From NCBI GenBank assembly GCA_945905715.1, contig CAMDPW010000003.1:105-64104 (forward strand): a stretch of 64,000 bases of DNA, read 5' to 3'. Every line of letters begins with the position of its first letter. Position 1 is the stretch's first letter. Below the pieces are notes generated by a model that worked only from the letters and a program-made list of their open reading frames with translations, had not been told where the DNA came from and searched no databases. The stretch comes from Rickettsia typhi. GTDB taxonomy: Bacteria; Pseudomonadota; Alphaproteobacteria; Rickettsiales; JABSSG01. Shown in pieces: positions 29,303-39,574 of this stretch. Made by a program: the position numbers and the translations under genes.

Positions 29303-29668
29303 ATGAGACGTCTAAAAAAAGATTTGATGACGCCTTATTACTTAATGATCGTAGACTAGTAGCCGAATGTAGCGACGCTGATTTTTTTTATAATCGTTAA
29401 TGATGAATTACATACAGCCCCGCCAGATTGTTTCTTAAATAGTATCACTAAACAAGCTGTAATTGATCTTACCAGAAAACATGGGGGGTTAAGGTCGTTG
29501 AACAACATATATCCTAAAGAATTATCTAAAGCTAGCGAAGCTTTTTACTGGCACTGCCAGTGAAATCATCTCAATCAAAAATATTAGAGATTATCAATTT
29601 TCTGGCAGGCACATTACCAACACACCCTAATTGAAGATTATCGTGAGCTAGTTAATAATCGGTGTAAT
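29303..29668 (+). pseudogene. class IV aminotransferase (IlvE/Dat-like), C-terminal fragment, frameshifted
   Basis: FDDALLLNDRRLVAECSDADFFY / DELHTAPPDCFLNSITKQAVIDLTRKHG / TGTASEIISIKNI match the fold-type IV consensus (aDeallLd..G.vaE.s.aNiFf; elhTPp...LpGITR; TGTAaEi.pv). The 5' half is absent and an IS6 element abuts it. Confidence 0.65.
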
Positions 29669-30921
29669 TAAAGCCAAGTAGGGATAGTTTCGACCTTGAG
29701 CATATCTTCGTAAGATTGCCTTAGCTTTGCGATACCAAACCTGCCATTTTGCGCTACAACTTCTGGAATCATTAAGCGTGAATTATAACTTGAAGACATC
29801 ACTGCTCCATATGCCCCAGCATGCCTAAATGCTAGAAAATCTCCTGCTTGTTGAGTTGGTAGTTTACGGTCCTTCGCAAAAATATCTGAAGTTTCACAAA
29901 CCGGCCCAACAACATCGTATACTATGGTAGAATTAGTTCGTATTGTCAGAGGTATAATTTCATGATAAGCATCATATAAACTTGGTCTCAAGATATCATT
30001 CATCCCAGCGTCTACAATAAGAAAAGTTTTCTCCAAAGTATCCTTAACATAAATTACACTAGTCACTAATATCCCAATATCAGCAACCATTGACCTGCCA
30101 GGTTCAATAATTAGCTTATATGGTTTATTATGAAACATCTCATTTACCAACTGCGCATACTGATAAATTGTTGGAGGATTTTCCTGATCATAAGAAATGC
30201 CAAGTCCACCTCCTAAATCTAAATATTCAATATTACAATTAAGCGATCTTATCAAATCAGCTTGCTCGAGTAAAGTGTGATAAGCTTCTCTATACGGTGA
30301 TAAACTAGTAATCTGTGATCCAATATGGATTGCTAATCCTCGCAGATTCACTCCCTTCAAATCTCTCAAAGCAACTGCAATACCAGGAATTTGTGCAACG
30401 TCAATACCAAACTTATTACTTTTTAGTCCAGTATTAATTTTAGCATGAGTTTTACTATCAATATTTGCATTAATTCTAATTGCTATATTAGCTGTTTTAT
30501 TCAATCTAAGCGCAACTTGATTAAGTAACAATAACTCAGGAATGGATTCTACATTAAAATTTAAAATATCATTCTGTAGCGCATAAATAAGATCTTCTTC
30601 AGATTTGCCTACACCTGCAAACACTATTTTACCTGGACTAATGCCAGCTATCAAAGACTTTCTTATTTCTCCTTGGGAGACGCAATCTGCTCCTGAACCG
30701 AGCGTACTTAAAACCTTCAGTAAAGTTAAATTAGAATTAGCCTTAACAGCGTAACATATTAAAACATTACTATTAGAAAATGCATTAACATACGACTTGA
30801 AATTCTCTTTCAGCTGAGAAATGGAATATAAGTAAAATGGCGTTCCAACATGCTTTGCTATTTCTGCAACTTGTAAATCATCTACATATAAAAAATTATT
30901 ATTATAGTAAAACATGAGCAT
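29668..30921 (-). CDS. lysA: diaminopimelate decarboxylase
   Basis: Motifs YAVKAN (PLP-Lys), DLGGGLGI and CETSD. 417 aa. Confidence 0.92.
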   Translation of the reverse strand: MLMFYYNNNFLYVDDLQVAEIAKHVGTPFYLYSISQLKENFKSYVNAFSNSNVLICYAVKANSNLTLLKVLSTLGSGADCVSQGEIRKSLIAGISPGKIVFAGVGKSEEDLIYALQNDILNFNVESIPELLLLNQVALRLNKTANIAIRINANIDSKTHAKINTGLKSNKFGIDVAQIPGIAVALRDLKGVNLRGLAIHIGSQITSLSPYREAYHTLLEQADLIRSLNCNIEYLDLGGGLGISYDQENPPTIYQYAQLVNEMFHNKPYKLIIEPGRSMVADIGILVTSVIYVKDTLEKTFLIVDAGMNDILRPSLYDAYHEIIPLTIRTNSTIVYDVVGPVCETSDIFAKDRKLPTQQAGDFLAFRHAGAYGAVMSSSYNSRLMIPEVVAQNGRFGIAKLRQSYEDMLKVETIPTWL

Positions 30922-31027
30922 CCATAAACTTAATCTCTTGAGGAGGTTTTAAAGGCCCAACTTTACCACAATTATTACATAGAACGCATACCGTACACAA
31001 CAAAATTATTGTCCAAAATTTTTTCAT
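30902..31027 (-). CDS. small lipoprotein, LptM(YifL)-like, 41 aa (below the ORF-track cutoff)
   Basis: MKKFWTIILLCTVCVLCNNCGKVGPLKPPQEIKFMDAHVLL* has a signal/lipobox followed by the CG.KGPL..P signature. It overlaps the lysA start by 20 nt, the usual position upstream of lysA/dapF. Confidence 0.55.
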   Translation of the reverse strand: MKKFWTIILLCTVCVLCNNCGKVGPLKPPQEIKFMDAHVLL

Positions 31028-31128
31028 TTTTGTTTTTAATTTTTACTCAATTGAGTTTTATTGTTTTTAAGTTAAGAATACTGTATAAATCTAATTGTCA
31101 ATAATACATGGGATAAAGTATTTTCGCA

Positions 31129-31905
31129 ATGAAGGAGTTTTTTAAAGCTATAGTATTATTTATTGGTGGTGTTTTTTGGATTAGTCATGCCCATAGTCAG
31201 TCAGTTATAATTGATGGATACCCACCTACCACAATCCCTGAAATAGAATTTTATGATATTAACGGTAAACCGCATAATTTAGAGCAGTTCGAAGGAAATG
31301 TGTTGTTATTACATTTCTGGGCAGCTTGGTGCACTAACTGTACTCAAGAAATGAAAGCTCTAGATCAATTACAAAAATCACTACGTAAAGATTCCATAAT
31401 CATTATTCCTGTATCTGAAGATTTTCAAGGAAAGGAAGTAGTGACGTCCTTTTATAAACAACATAAGTTAAAAAACTTACTGAGCTTTTTAGATAAAAAC
31501 AATGCTTTATTCAGCGCACTTGAGATCAATAATTTACCTACTTCATTTATTATAGATGCTGAAGGTAATAATGTAGCAAAAATCACTGGCGTTGCCGACT
31601 GGAAAAACGAAGAAATGATTAGCTTACTTAAGTCGTATATCCACATAAAACAATCTGTAAATATAGATTATATGAATGTACTAAATGAACAAAAAAATAA
31701 AGACATAAACGTTGCTCAAGAACTTGATATCCCTATGGCAGCAATAACTAATGTTATACCTACCGAATTTGATAAGAATGGGGAGCAAGTAGGGAAGAAT
31801 TTTACTAACATTCAGAATGACAAGTTTTCATTAACAGTCAAGCGACCTGTCAATTCAGATTTCACTAAAAATAGTCATAAAGGAGAGAAAAAATTAGATG
31901 AATAG
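31129..31905 (+). CDS. TlpA/ResA-like periplasmic thiol:disulfide oxidoreductase with C-terminal extension
   Basis: It has a signal peptide and FWAAWCTNC (CxxC in a thioredoxin fold). About 80 extra Lys/Asn-rich residues follow. Confidence 0.8.
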   Translation: MKEFFKAIVLFIGGVFWISHAHSQSVIIDGYPPTTIPEIEFYDINGKPHNLEQFEGNVLLLHFWAAWCTNCTQEMKALDQLQKSLRKDSIIIIPVSEDFQGKEVVTSFYKQHKLKNLLSFLDKNNALFSALEINNLPTSFIIDAEGNNVAKITGVADWKNEEMISLLKSYIHIKQSVNIDYMNVLNEQKNKDINVAQELDIPMAAITNVIPTEFDKNGEQVGKNFTNIQNDKFSLTVKRPVNSDFTKNSHKGEKKLDE

Positions 31906-32749
31906 CAAGTGGTTTAAGATATTAAAAATTTTTAGCAAACATTTTAGAAGCAAGCCAACAGTAGCCGTAATAAATTTACATGGCGTAATCACTACTAGTA
32001 AAGGACTTGGTAGATCGGGATTATGTTTTGAGAGTATAAAAGGCACAATTGATAGAGCATTTGCATTACCTAAATTAAGCGCGATTGCTTTATCAGTCAA
32101 TTCACCAGGAGGATCTCCAGTACAAAGTGAGTTAATTTATAATTATATTCGTCAACTAGCTAGAGAGAAAAACATTCAAGTTTACAGTTTTATTGAAGAT
32201 GTAGGAGCATCAGGTGGTTATTGGTTAGCATGCACTGGCGATGAAATATATGCATCCAGCAATTCTATTGTTGGTAGCATTGGAGTAATTAGTGCAGGGT
32301 TTGGTTTTGTTGATGCTATTAGAAAATTAGGTATTGAGCGTAGACTTTATACGCAAGGAAAAAATAAGTCCATTTTGGACCCATTTACACCAGAAAAAGA
32401 ATCTGATGTTAAAATTATTCATTCTATACAACGCGATATTCACAATAATTTCAAGTCATTAGTACTAACAAGACGCGAACAATCTCTTAAAGCCAGTGAA
32501 GCAGTATTGTTTAACGGTGAGTTTTGGAGTGGTACAAAAGCTTTAGAGCTTGGTCTAATTGATCGTATTGGCGATATGTACACTGTTATTAAAGAAAAAT
32601 ATGGCAAACATTGTAAAATTATTAGAATCAATAGTGAGAAAACTTGGTTAAAAAGGACGCTTGGCTTAGAAGTGAGTACCGAAAACATAGTTGCTAACTT
32701 ATTAACTGCAATTGAAGAAAAAGTAATTTTTAGCAAATTAGGCTTATAA
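31898..32749 (+). CDS. sppA: signal peptide peptidase SppA, 36K type (S49)
   Basis: Motifs INLHGVI, NSPGGSPVQSE and GASGGYWLA. Confidence 0.88.
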   Translation: MNSKWFKILKIFSKHFRSKPTVAVINLHGVITTSKGLGRSGLCFESIKGTIDRAFALPKLSAIALSVNSPGGSPVQSELIYNYIRQLAREKNIQVYSFIEDVGASGGYWLACTGDEIYASSNSIVGSIGVISAGFGFVDAIRKLGIERRLYTQGKNKSILDPFTPEKESDVKIIHSIQRDIHNNFKSLVLTRREQSLKASEAVLFNGEFWSGTKALELGLIDRIGDMYTVIKEKYGKHCKIIRINSEKTWLKRTLGLEVSTENIVANLLTAIEEKVIFSKLGL

Positions 32750-32753
32750 GTAT

Positions 32754-33926
32754 ATGTACGACGTAGCAATAATTGGCGGCGGACTCAATGGCGTCGTCAC
32801 TGCCGGTATGTTAGCATCTAAGGGTATTAAAACTGTATTAGTTGATCAAAACATACTTGCTAATAGACTTACAAAAAGACAGGACGGGAGAGGCATAGCC
32901 GTAGCAAGATTTAGTAAAAATATTTTAGCTAACTACGGCATTTGGCAACAATTTAAAACTAACTATGGAATAGTCAATAAAGTTGTAGTTGCTGATGGTA
33001 CCGAGCCTTTTCTAATGAAATTGGACAATGATCTGGTTGATGGTCACTCCCTCGGATATATTATAGAACACGATGACTTACTACGGCAGCTTTATAATTT
33101 TGCAATCAAACAAGGAACTTTAAAAATCTTAGACAACACTAGATTATTGAACTTCGTCATTGAACAGAATAAAGTAACTTTAAATTTATCTAACCAGGAA
33201 AAAATTTATATCAGGTTATTAATTGCTGCTGATGGCAAAAATTCATCAATTAAACAACAATTAAATATAACTAGTACTGATATATCATATAATCAAAGTG
33301 CATTAGTTTTTAAGATCAGACATGAGAAAGAGCACTGTAATATTGCGTATGAACATTTTTACAAAGCCGGGCCTTTTGCAATTTTACCTTTAAAAAATAA
33401 ACATTTTTCTTCAGTTGTATGGACAGAAAAAACTGACAAAGCAAAGATTTTTGTTGCGATGTCAAAGGAAGAAATGGGCTATTTTGTGCAAGAAAAATGT
33501 AAACTAACTCATGGTAATATTGAGATTAGCAGCAAAATTTTTTCCTACCCACTGAGTCTAGTTTTTGCCAATAAATACTACGATAAACGCACAATATTGA
33601 TTGGTGATAGTTTGCATTTTATTCACCCCATAGCTGGCCAAGGATTTAACTTAAGCTTGCGTGATATACATCACTTAACTAACTTAATTGTTGAGTATAA
33701 TAACTTGGGACTAGATATTGGCTGCGCCGACTTATCAAATAAATTTGAACAAGGCAGAAAGCTTGATAATTACGCAATGATAGTTTTTACTGATATTTTA
33801 AATCGTATCTTTTCTAATAATAGCAAAGTTTTATCTTTTTTAAGAAAAGTAGGAATGAGCTTCATCGATTTGCAACCTTCGTTACAGAAACTATTAATCA
33901 ATTATGCTTGGACAAAAAAAAACTAA
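32754..33926 (+). CDS. UbiH/UbiF/VisC/COQ6-family FAD-dependent ubiquinone hydroxylase
   Basis: DVAIIGGGLNG (GxGxxG), LLIAADGKNS and GDSLHFIHPIAGQGFNLSLRD. Confidence 0.88.
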   Translation: MYDVAIIGGGLNGVVTAGMLASKGIKTVLVDQNILANRLTKRQDGRGIAVARFSKNILANYGIWQQFKTNYGIVNKVVVADGTEPFLMKLDNDLVDGHSLGYIIEHDDLLRQLYNFAIKQGTLKILDNTRLLNFVIEQNKVTLNLSNQEKIYIRLLIAADGKNSSIKQQLNITSTDISYNQSALVFKIRHEKEHCNIAYEHFYKAGPFAILPLKNKHFSSVVWTEKTDKAKIFVAMSKEEMGYFVQEKCKLTHGNIEISSKIFSYPLSLVFANKYYDKRTILIGDSLHFIHPIAGQGFNLSLRDIHHLTNLIVEYNNLGLDIGCADLSNKFEQGRKLDNYAMIVFTDILNRIFSNNSKVLSFLRKVGMSFIDLQPSLQKLLINYAWTKKN

Positions 33927-34054
33927 GTATTCATTAATTTTTATGGATTTGTGACCATGATATCGCATCAACCTATACACCACCCCTCATCACAAAGCTT
34001 TTCTTGTCTTAAATCATGGTTTTCACATCATCAAACTTAAGCTCTGGATTTCAC

Positions 34055-34675
34055 TTAAGTAAATATAAATGGAGTATTATGCAAATTGATTAGTTTCCAA
34101 GTTGGATCTGGAGCTTTTAAGTTACGCTTAAATACCCAATTATCTTTAAATGTTTCTATTTTATTTATATGTCCATGCAGTAAATGCATGTTTTGATCTT
34201 GAATATACATAATCACCTCGGCACTAAATTTCACTGTAATTTCTGCAATATTATTTTCTAATTTTACATTTTCAACACTGGCATCATTGATTTTTAAAAT
34301 GTTAATTTCACATGTTTGTTTATTCTCTTCTCTCTTAGCTATTGCATAAGCAAATGTTCTCATCGTGTTAATGTCAACTAAATCCGATAGAATATAGGTT
34401 TTCCCTTGAGCATAACCTTCTAAAATCATTTTAAAGGCAGACTTAGAATGCTCTAAAAAATTATCTTCATTATAACTTGGATCAATTATCTTTAATTGAT
34501 CTACCGGGCTAGAATTCTTGTCAATGACTACTGTCGGCTCTACTTGATCTGATTCCTTAATATCCACTTTAAATACTGGACGGTTATGATCTTTACGTCC
34601 CAAAATAGACATCAACTTAAAAATTAATATTAACGATACGATTGCTAGAAAAATTATGTCCATATAAGTTTGCAT
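34055..34675 (-). CDS. Tim44-like domain protein
   Basis: An N-terminal TM helix is followed by ILGRK. The C-terminal Tim44-like domain ends NWVFKRNLKAPDPTWKLI. Confidence 0.75.
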   Translation of the reverse strand: MQTYMDIIFLAIVSLILIFKLMSILGRKDHNRPVFKVDIKESDQVEPTVVIDKNSSPVDQLKIIDPSYNEDNFLEHSKSAFKMILEGYAQGKTYILSDLVDINTMRTFAYAIAKREENKQTCEINILKINDASVENVKLENNIAEITVKFSAEVIMYIQDQNMHLLHGHINKIETFKDNWVFKRNLKAPDPTWKLINLHNTPFIFT

Positions 34676-34810
34676 TTACTTTCAATTTTTTTTATATTTA
34701 TAGTTTAACATACACTGTATAAATTACATTTATTATACCAACTAAACAAGTTGATTATTAATCATAAGGTTACTATGGTATTTAAGTAGTGAAATATCTA
34801 TGGAGATTGT

Positions 34811-36184
34811 GTGAATTTTGGTATTAATAGAGCAATTTTAAGAGAGTACGACATAAGAGGCATTGTTGATCAAACTTTGACCACACAAGATGCATTTTTA
34901 ATTGGTTGGTCATTTGCGCAATTAGTTAACAATAAATACGTAAATGTTGGTTGTGATGGTAGAGTTAGTTCTCCCAAATTAACACAATTTCTTATCAGTG
35001 GATTAATCGAAGGTGGTGCTAAGGTAAGATTTATAGGTACTGGCCCAACCCCGATGTTATATTTCTCTACCTTCCATTATCATGCTGAAGCTGGCGTTAT
35101 GGTGACTGGCTCACATAATCCACCAACACATAATGGATTCAAATTTATTTATTTAAGCAAACCTTTCTTTGGTAAAGATATTAAGAATCTTGGTACAATT
35201 GCAACAAAATACAAGGGGAATATTGATAGCTATGAAAATTATGAAATTGTAGATTGTGAATTAATTTACAGAGACAGGTTATTAAAAGATTGTAACTCAA
35301 ATCCAAAAATAAAAATTGCTTGGGACCCTGGCAATGGAGCGGCAGGACATATAAACAAGCTAGTTGTAGAAAAACTACCAGGACAACACATATTAGTAAA
35401 TGAGAAAATTGATGGCACCTTTCCTGCGCATCATCCAGACCCAACAGTTAAAGAGAATTTAGCTCAACTCATTTCTATTGTGTTGAAAGAAAATTGTGAT
35501 CTGGGAATAGCATTTGATGGTGATGGCGATCGTATAGGAGTGGTAGATAGTAAAGGGCGTATAATCTGGGGTGATCAGCTATTATTGATCTTTGCCAAAG
35601 ATATACTTCTACGAAACCCAGGAGCTGTGATCATCGCTGATGTAAAAGCTAGTCAAAAATTGTTTGAAGGTATTAAGGATCACGGTGGAAGACCTCTAAT
35701 GTGGAAAACTGGGCATTCATTTATAAAAAGTAAAATGTTGGAGCAAAATTCTCCTCTTGCAGGAGAGATGAGCGGGCATATATTTTTTGCCGACAATTAT
35801 TATGGTTTTGATGATGCATTATATGCAGCCATAAGACTAATTGACGTACTAACTCGTAACAACCAGTCACTTGCCGACATAGTTGATGCTATGCCTTTAG
35901 TTTTTAATACACCAGAAATCAGGATAGAATGTGATGACAATGAGAAACTAGAAATTATTAATAATGTTAAAACTCTACTCAAAAATAAAGGTCAATCTTA
36001 TGATGACATAGATGGAATTCGTTATAGCTGCTCTCAAGGTTGGTGGCTACTTCGCGCTTCTAATACTCAAGCCGTACTTGTGGTACGTTGTGAAGCTAGT
36101 TCTAAAGCAAATTTAAAAATACTATGTCAAGAAATATCTGATATCTTAAGAAGATATAATCTTGATGTGGTAGCGCTACAGTAA
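34811..36184 (+). CDS. phosphomannomutase/phosphoglucomutase (alpha-D-phosphohexomutase)
   Basis: TGSHNPPTHNGFK (phosphoserine loop), FDGDGDR (Mg site) and GEMSGH. GTG start. Confidence 0.92.
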   Translation: MNFGINRAILREYDIRGIVDQTLTTQDAFLIGWSFAQLVNNKYVNVGCDGRVSSPKLTQFLISGLIEGGAKVRFIGTGPTPMLYFSTFHYHAEAGVMVTGSHNPPTHNGFKFIYLSKPFFGKDIKNLGTIATKYKGNIDSYENYEIVDCELIYRDRLLKDCNSNPKIKIAWDPGNGAAGHINKLVVEKLPGQHILVNEKIDGTFPAHHPDPTVKENLAQLISIVLKENCDLGIAFDGDGDRIGVVDSKGRIIWGDQLLLIFAKDILLRNPGAVIIADVKASQKLFEGIKDHGGRPLMWKTGHSFIKSKMLEQNSPLAGEMSGHIFFADNYYGFDDALYAAIRLIDVLTRNNQSLADIVDAMPLVFNTPEIRIECDDNEKLEIINNVKTLLKNKGQSYDDIDGIRYSCSQGWWLLRASNTQAVLVVRCEASSKANLKILCQEISDILRRYNLDVVALQ

Positions 36185-36274
36185 TTTTTCTTAGCGCTTA
36201 TAATTTTCATTAAAAACTAAAATCATTAGTTAGAATATTAAAAATGCTGGATAATTACAGATTATATAGATTTT

Positions 36275-38044
36275 TTGATCATTTATAAGGTAATCCCAAT
36301 GATACAACGCTTAATGCAGACATATAATCGCTATTTAGTAAGTATATTTACTATTTCTACACTGTCATTAGTAATAAATTTAGTTATATTGAAAGAGTCG
36401 CCTTTTACTCAAATATTCTTTATTATAACCTATGTTGGACTAGCAATAATTTGCCTCTTCTTTGAAAAAGAATACTGGTATCAAGGATTAATGCGTATGC
36501 AAATTTATCTTCTTGTACCAAGTATAGTAACATTCTCATTAACCAATTATCATTTTCCATCTTCGCATATTTTAAATTATCTATTATTTATACTAACTAA
36601 TTTAGTGTGTATGGCTCAATTTAAAAAATGCCAAAAATTTATTGAAATAAACAATGAGTTCAAGATTTCTTTGGTTTTTAGTAGCGTGACGTTAACATTA
36701 TTTATTGCACTTGGTATCTATCAAGCTAAAACTGCACAACTTTTACTTGTATCAAATAGTCTGTTCTTATTTCTTTTAACCTCAAGCTTGATTCTTGAAC
36801 CAAAGAAAGCACTGTCTACACAAATAAATCAAGATATGATTGGATATATATATATATCAACCTTAATAGCAACGCTAATATTACAATACTTTGTCCCTCA
36901 CAATCATCTAGTACAGCTAATTTATGCTTTTGTCTATATAGTTGTCGCAACTAACCTATGCTTTGTTTTTCGTGAAAAAAGACTAATCTTTGTCTTAATT
37001 TGCGTATTATTACTACTTTATCATTTCTTTCCTAATAAAATACAACATAGTTTTGACTTAACTTTGATGGCGCTAATCATTTTATTGTGGCATGTACAAA
37101 GTGCGGTTTTATATGAAGTTACGTCCTCTTTTGGTAAATTATCAGTATTGTATGACTATAAATTTAATAAGATAATGATGCGTCACAACGATATACTACA
37201 TGGCGAACAATACTACTATGGCAATACTAGGCACGCCCCTAATTTTTGCTATTATGGTAATACTAAAGATAGTGGACCTATATATAAAATATTCAATGCA
37301 TTAGACGCTAAAGGTACGCATCATAATATCGCTTGTTTAGGACTTGGTATAGGAATAGTCTCTTCTTATGGCAAAGAAGGTCAGAACATGACTTTCTATG
37401 AACTTAATCCAGACGTTAAAGCCATAGCTACTAATTCTAAATACTTTACTTTCTTAGCAACTTGCAAAGCAAAATTATCTTTTATAATAGGCGATGCTAG
37501 AAAAAATTTAGTAAAAGCAAAAAACCATGAATATGGTTTAATATTTATCGATGTTTATAATGGGTGGTCTATCCCAAGATATTTTCTTACAGCAGAAGCT
37601 ATAAATCTATATTTAAGTAAGATAAATACACAAGGTTTAATCGTTATACATATTACCACTAAAGATAAAGACCTTGAAAGTATTATTGGCAAGGTCACAA
37701 AAGAGTTGAATCTTTGCGCTTACACTTCTTACATTGAAGAAGATATAGCTGGTGATGAAGAAGCGCTAGCTAAGACAGGACTGATATGGCGTAAAAAAAA
37801 TGTAAACTGGCAAAGCAGATTATATAGAAATTTACTCACCATTTTTGGATTATCCTTTCGTACATCTCGTAAAAATATCTCTCAATGGGTAGTGATAGCA
37901 AGAAAAGAAGATCATCTACTAGGAATTCCATCAACTAATATGTGGCATCCCCTAGTTATAAAAGCTGAACAAGCACTATTAGCCGATGCGGACATAGACT
38001 ACGAATTAGAAGCCAGAGGAACCATCATCAGCACAATACTTTAA
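36275..38044 (+). CDS. polytopic membrane protein fused to a spermidine-synthase-like (class I SAM-fold) domain
   Basis: About 290 N-terminal residues form 8-9 hydrophobic helices. The C-terminal ACLGLGIGIVSS...FYELNPDV...IGDARK...YGLIFIDVY resembles aminopropyltransferase/MTase motifs I-IV. Confidence 0.45.
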   Translation: MIIYKVIPMIQRLMQTYNRYLVSIFTISTLSLVINLVILKESPFTQIFFIITYVGLAIICLFFEKEYWYQGLMRMQIYLLVPSIVTFSLTNYHFPSSHILNYLLFILTNLVCMAQFKKCQKFIEINNEFKISLVFSSVTLTLFIALGIYQAKTAQLLLVSNSLFLFLLTSSLILEPKKALSTQINQDMIGYIYISTLIATLILQYFVPHNHLVQLIYAFVYIVVATNLCFVFREKRLIFVLICVLLLLYHFFPNKIQHSFDLTLMALIILLWHVQSAVLYEVTSSFGKLSVLYDYKFNKIMMRHNDILHGEQYYYGNTRHAPNFCYYGNTKDSGPIYKIFNALDAKGTHHNIACLGLGIGIVSSYGKEGQNMTFYELNPDVKAIATNSKYFTFLATCKAKLSFIIGDARKNLVKAKNHEYGLIFIDVYNGWSIPRYFLTAEAINLYLSKINTQGLIVIHITTKDKDLESIIGKVTKELNLCAYTSYIEEDIAGDEEALAKTGLIWRKKNVNWQSRLYRNLLTIFGLSFRTSRKNISQWVVIARKEDHLLGIPSTNMWHPLVIKAEQALLADADIDYELEARGTIISTIL

Positions 38045-38977
38045 ATGACTGACAAAGCAGTAATCATTAGCGGACCAACAGCAAGTGGAAAATCTACTAT
38101 AGCTCAAGAAATTAGTGAAAATTATCAAAAATTCTGCATCATTAATGCCGACTCCATGCAGATATACAAAGAACTACCTATTTTGACCGCTCAACCAATC
38201 GATTGTATTGCGAGATTTAAAAAAGATTATTATTTATATGGAATTTTAAATTATACTCATAATTTCTCCGTGGTTACCTGGGTAGATTTTACCAAGATTG
38301 CAATGAAAAAAATTTGGTTGCTAGGAAAAATTCCATTAATAGTAGGTGGTACTGGTTTGTATATAAAAAGTTTAATTCATGGCTTATCAAATATTCCTGA
38401 AATTTCCTTAGAAATAAAAACTCTCGTCAGTAATTTGTTTGTAGAAATTGGTGTCGAGAAATTCTATAAATTACTCTGTACAGTTGACCATCTTAGCGCC
38501 ACAAAGATACACAGCAATGATAAATATCGAATGATTAGGGCAATGGAGGTGTTCAACCAAACTGGAAAACCAATCTTAACATTTTATAATAATAAAAAAC
38601 AAACCGCCAATTTCGATTTCTTACATATTACTATCCAACCGACAAGAAAGTTATTATACGACTCATGTAATCAGCGTTTTACTGAAATGATAAAGGCTAA
38701 TGTGCTAGAAGAAGTTTTAAATTTTCGTATAAAAACTGGATCTTCAACATCTATATTAGCTAGAGCACTTGGCTACAATTATCTTTGTAAGTATCTAAGC
38801 AACGAAATTTCAAAAGAGAAAAGTATAGAGTTGTCACAAATTCAGACAAGGCAATACGCGAAACGCCAAGTGACTTGGTTCAAAAATCAGGCGCCTGAAT
38901 CCATCTCTATTCAATTTGAGAGCCATTATGATGCCCGTAAGCAAACATTATCGGTAGTTGATAATTATATAAATTGA
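38045..38977 (+). CDS. miaA: tRNA dimethylallyltransferase
   Basis: P-loop GPTASGKS, ADSMQIYKELPILTAQP and GGTGLY. The ATG overlaps the preceding stop (TAAATG). Confidence 0.93.
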   Translation: MTDKAVIISGPTASGKSTIAQEISENYQKFCIINADSMQIYKELPILTAQPIDCIARFKKDYYLYGILNYTHNFSVVTWVDFTKIAMKKIWLLGKIPLIVGGTGLYIKSLIHGLSNIPEISLEIKTLVSNLFVEIGVEKFYKLLCTVDHLSATKIHSNDKYRMIRAMEVFNQTGKPILTFYNNKKQTANFDFLHITIQPTRKLLYDSCNQRFTEMIKANVLEEVLNFRIKTGSSTSILARALGYNYLCKYLSNEISKEKSIELSQIQTRQYAKRQVTWFKNQAPESISIQFESHYDARKQTLSVVDNYIN

Positions 38978-38981
38978 CTAG

Positions 38982-39527
38982 TTATTTGATTTTTTTAGCC
39001 TTCAATTTACCTAACATGTAACAATCTAAAGAAAATTTATCAGCTCCGTAACACATTAACATTGCAAGAACTAACATCCAGTAATTATACTCTACGTACT
39101 GTTGGTAGAAGAAGTTACTCATCAAAGTGGTGACGAATAAAATTAAAGCAGCAAATCTAGTACCATACCCTAAAACCAGCATAACAGGACAGGCTATTTG
39201 AATAGCAATTGCAAGCACTGTAGCAATTGAATGAGAGACGAGTGGAATCTGATAGTCATTTTGAAATAAAAATAAAGTAGTATCCCAGTTTTGTATTTTA
39301 TCAAGACCTAAAAACAAGAATGTACTTGCTAAATATAACCTAACAATAAAATTAACTACTGGCTTAATTTTATCCAAAAATTCAGTAGTTTTTGCACAAA
39401 AGCTATATACACACCCTCTATACTTACACTCCATCTTCTCTCCTTGGCTATAAATTAATTTTTTAATAATAGTTGCTAGTATAAAAATAGTAAACAGCTT
39501 TTTTGCTTGTGAGATGTTTTTTTTCAA
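38982..39527 (-). CDS. DoxX-family membrane protein
   Basis: Four TM helices; ...VLGYGTRFAALILF... is DoxX-like. The true start may be the internal Met (MECKY). Confidence 0.55.
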   Translation of the reverse strand: MKKNISQAKKLFTIFILATIIKKLIYSQGEKMECKYRGCVYSFCAKTTEFLDKIKPVVNFIVRLYLASTFLFLGLDKIQNWDTTLFLFQNDYQIPLVSHSIATVLAIAIQIACPVMLVLGYGTRFAALILFVTTLMSNFFYQQYVEYNYWMLVLAMLMCYGADKFSLDCYMLGKLKAKKIK

Positions 39528-39574
39528 CTACAACATATTATATATACATTTTAGATACATATTATTTATATGTG

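Noticed and set aside
36844-36857. (AT)7 microsatellite
   Set aside because: It lies inside the coding sequence (GYIYIST) of the membrane/spermidine-synthase-like gene and keeps the frame. It is too short to be a CRISPR or a regulatory repeat.
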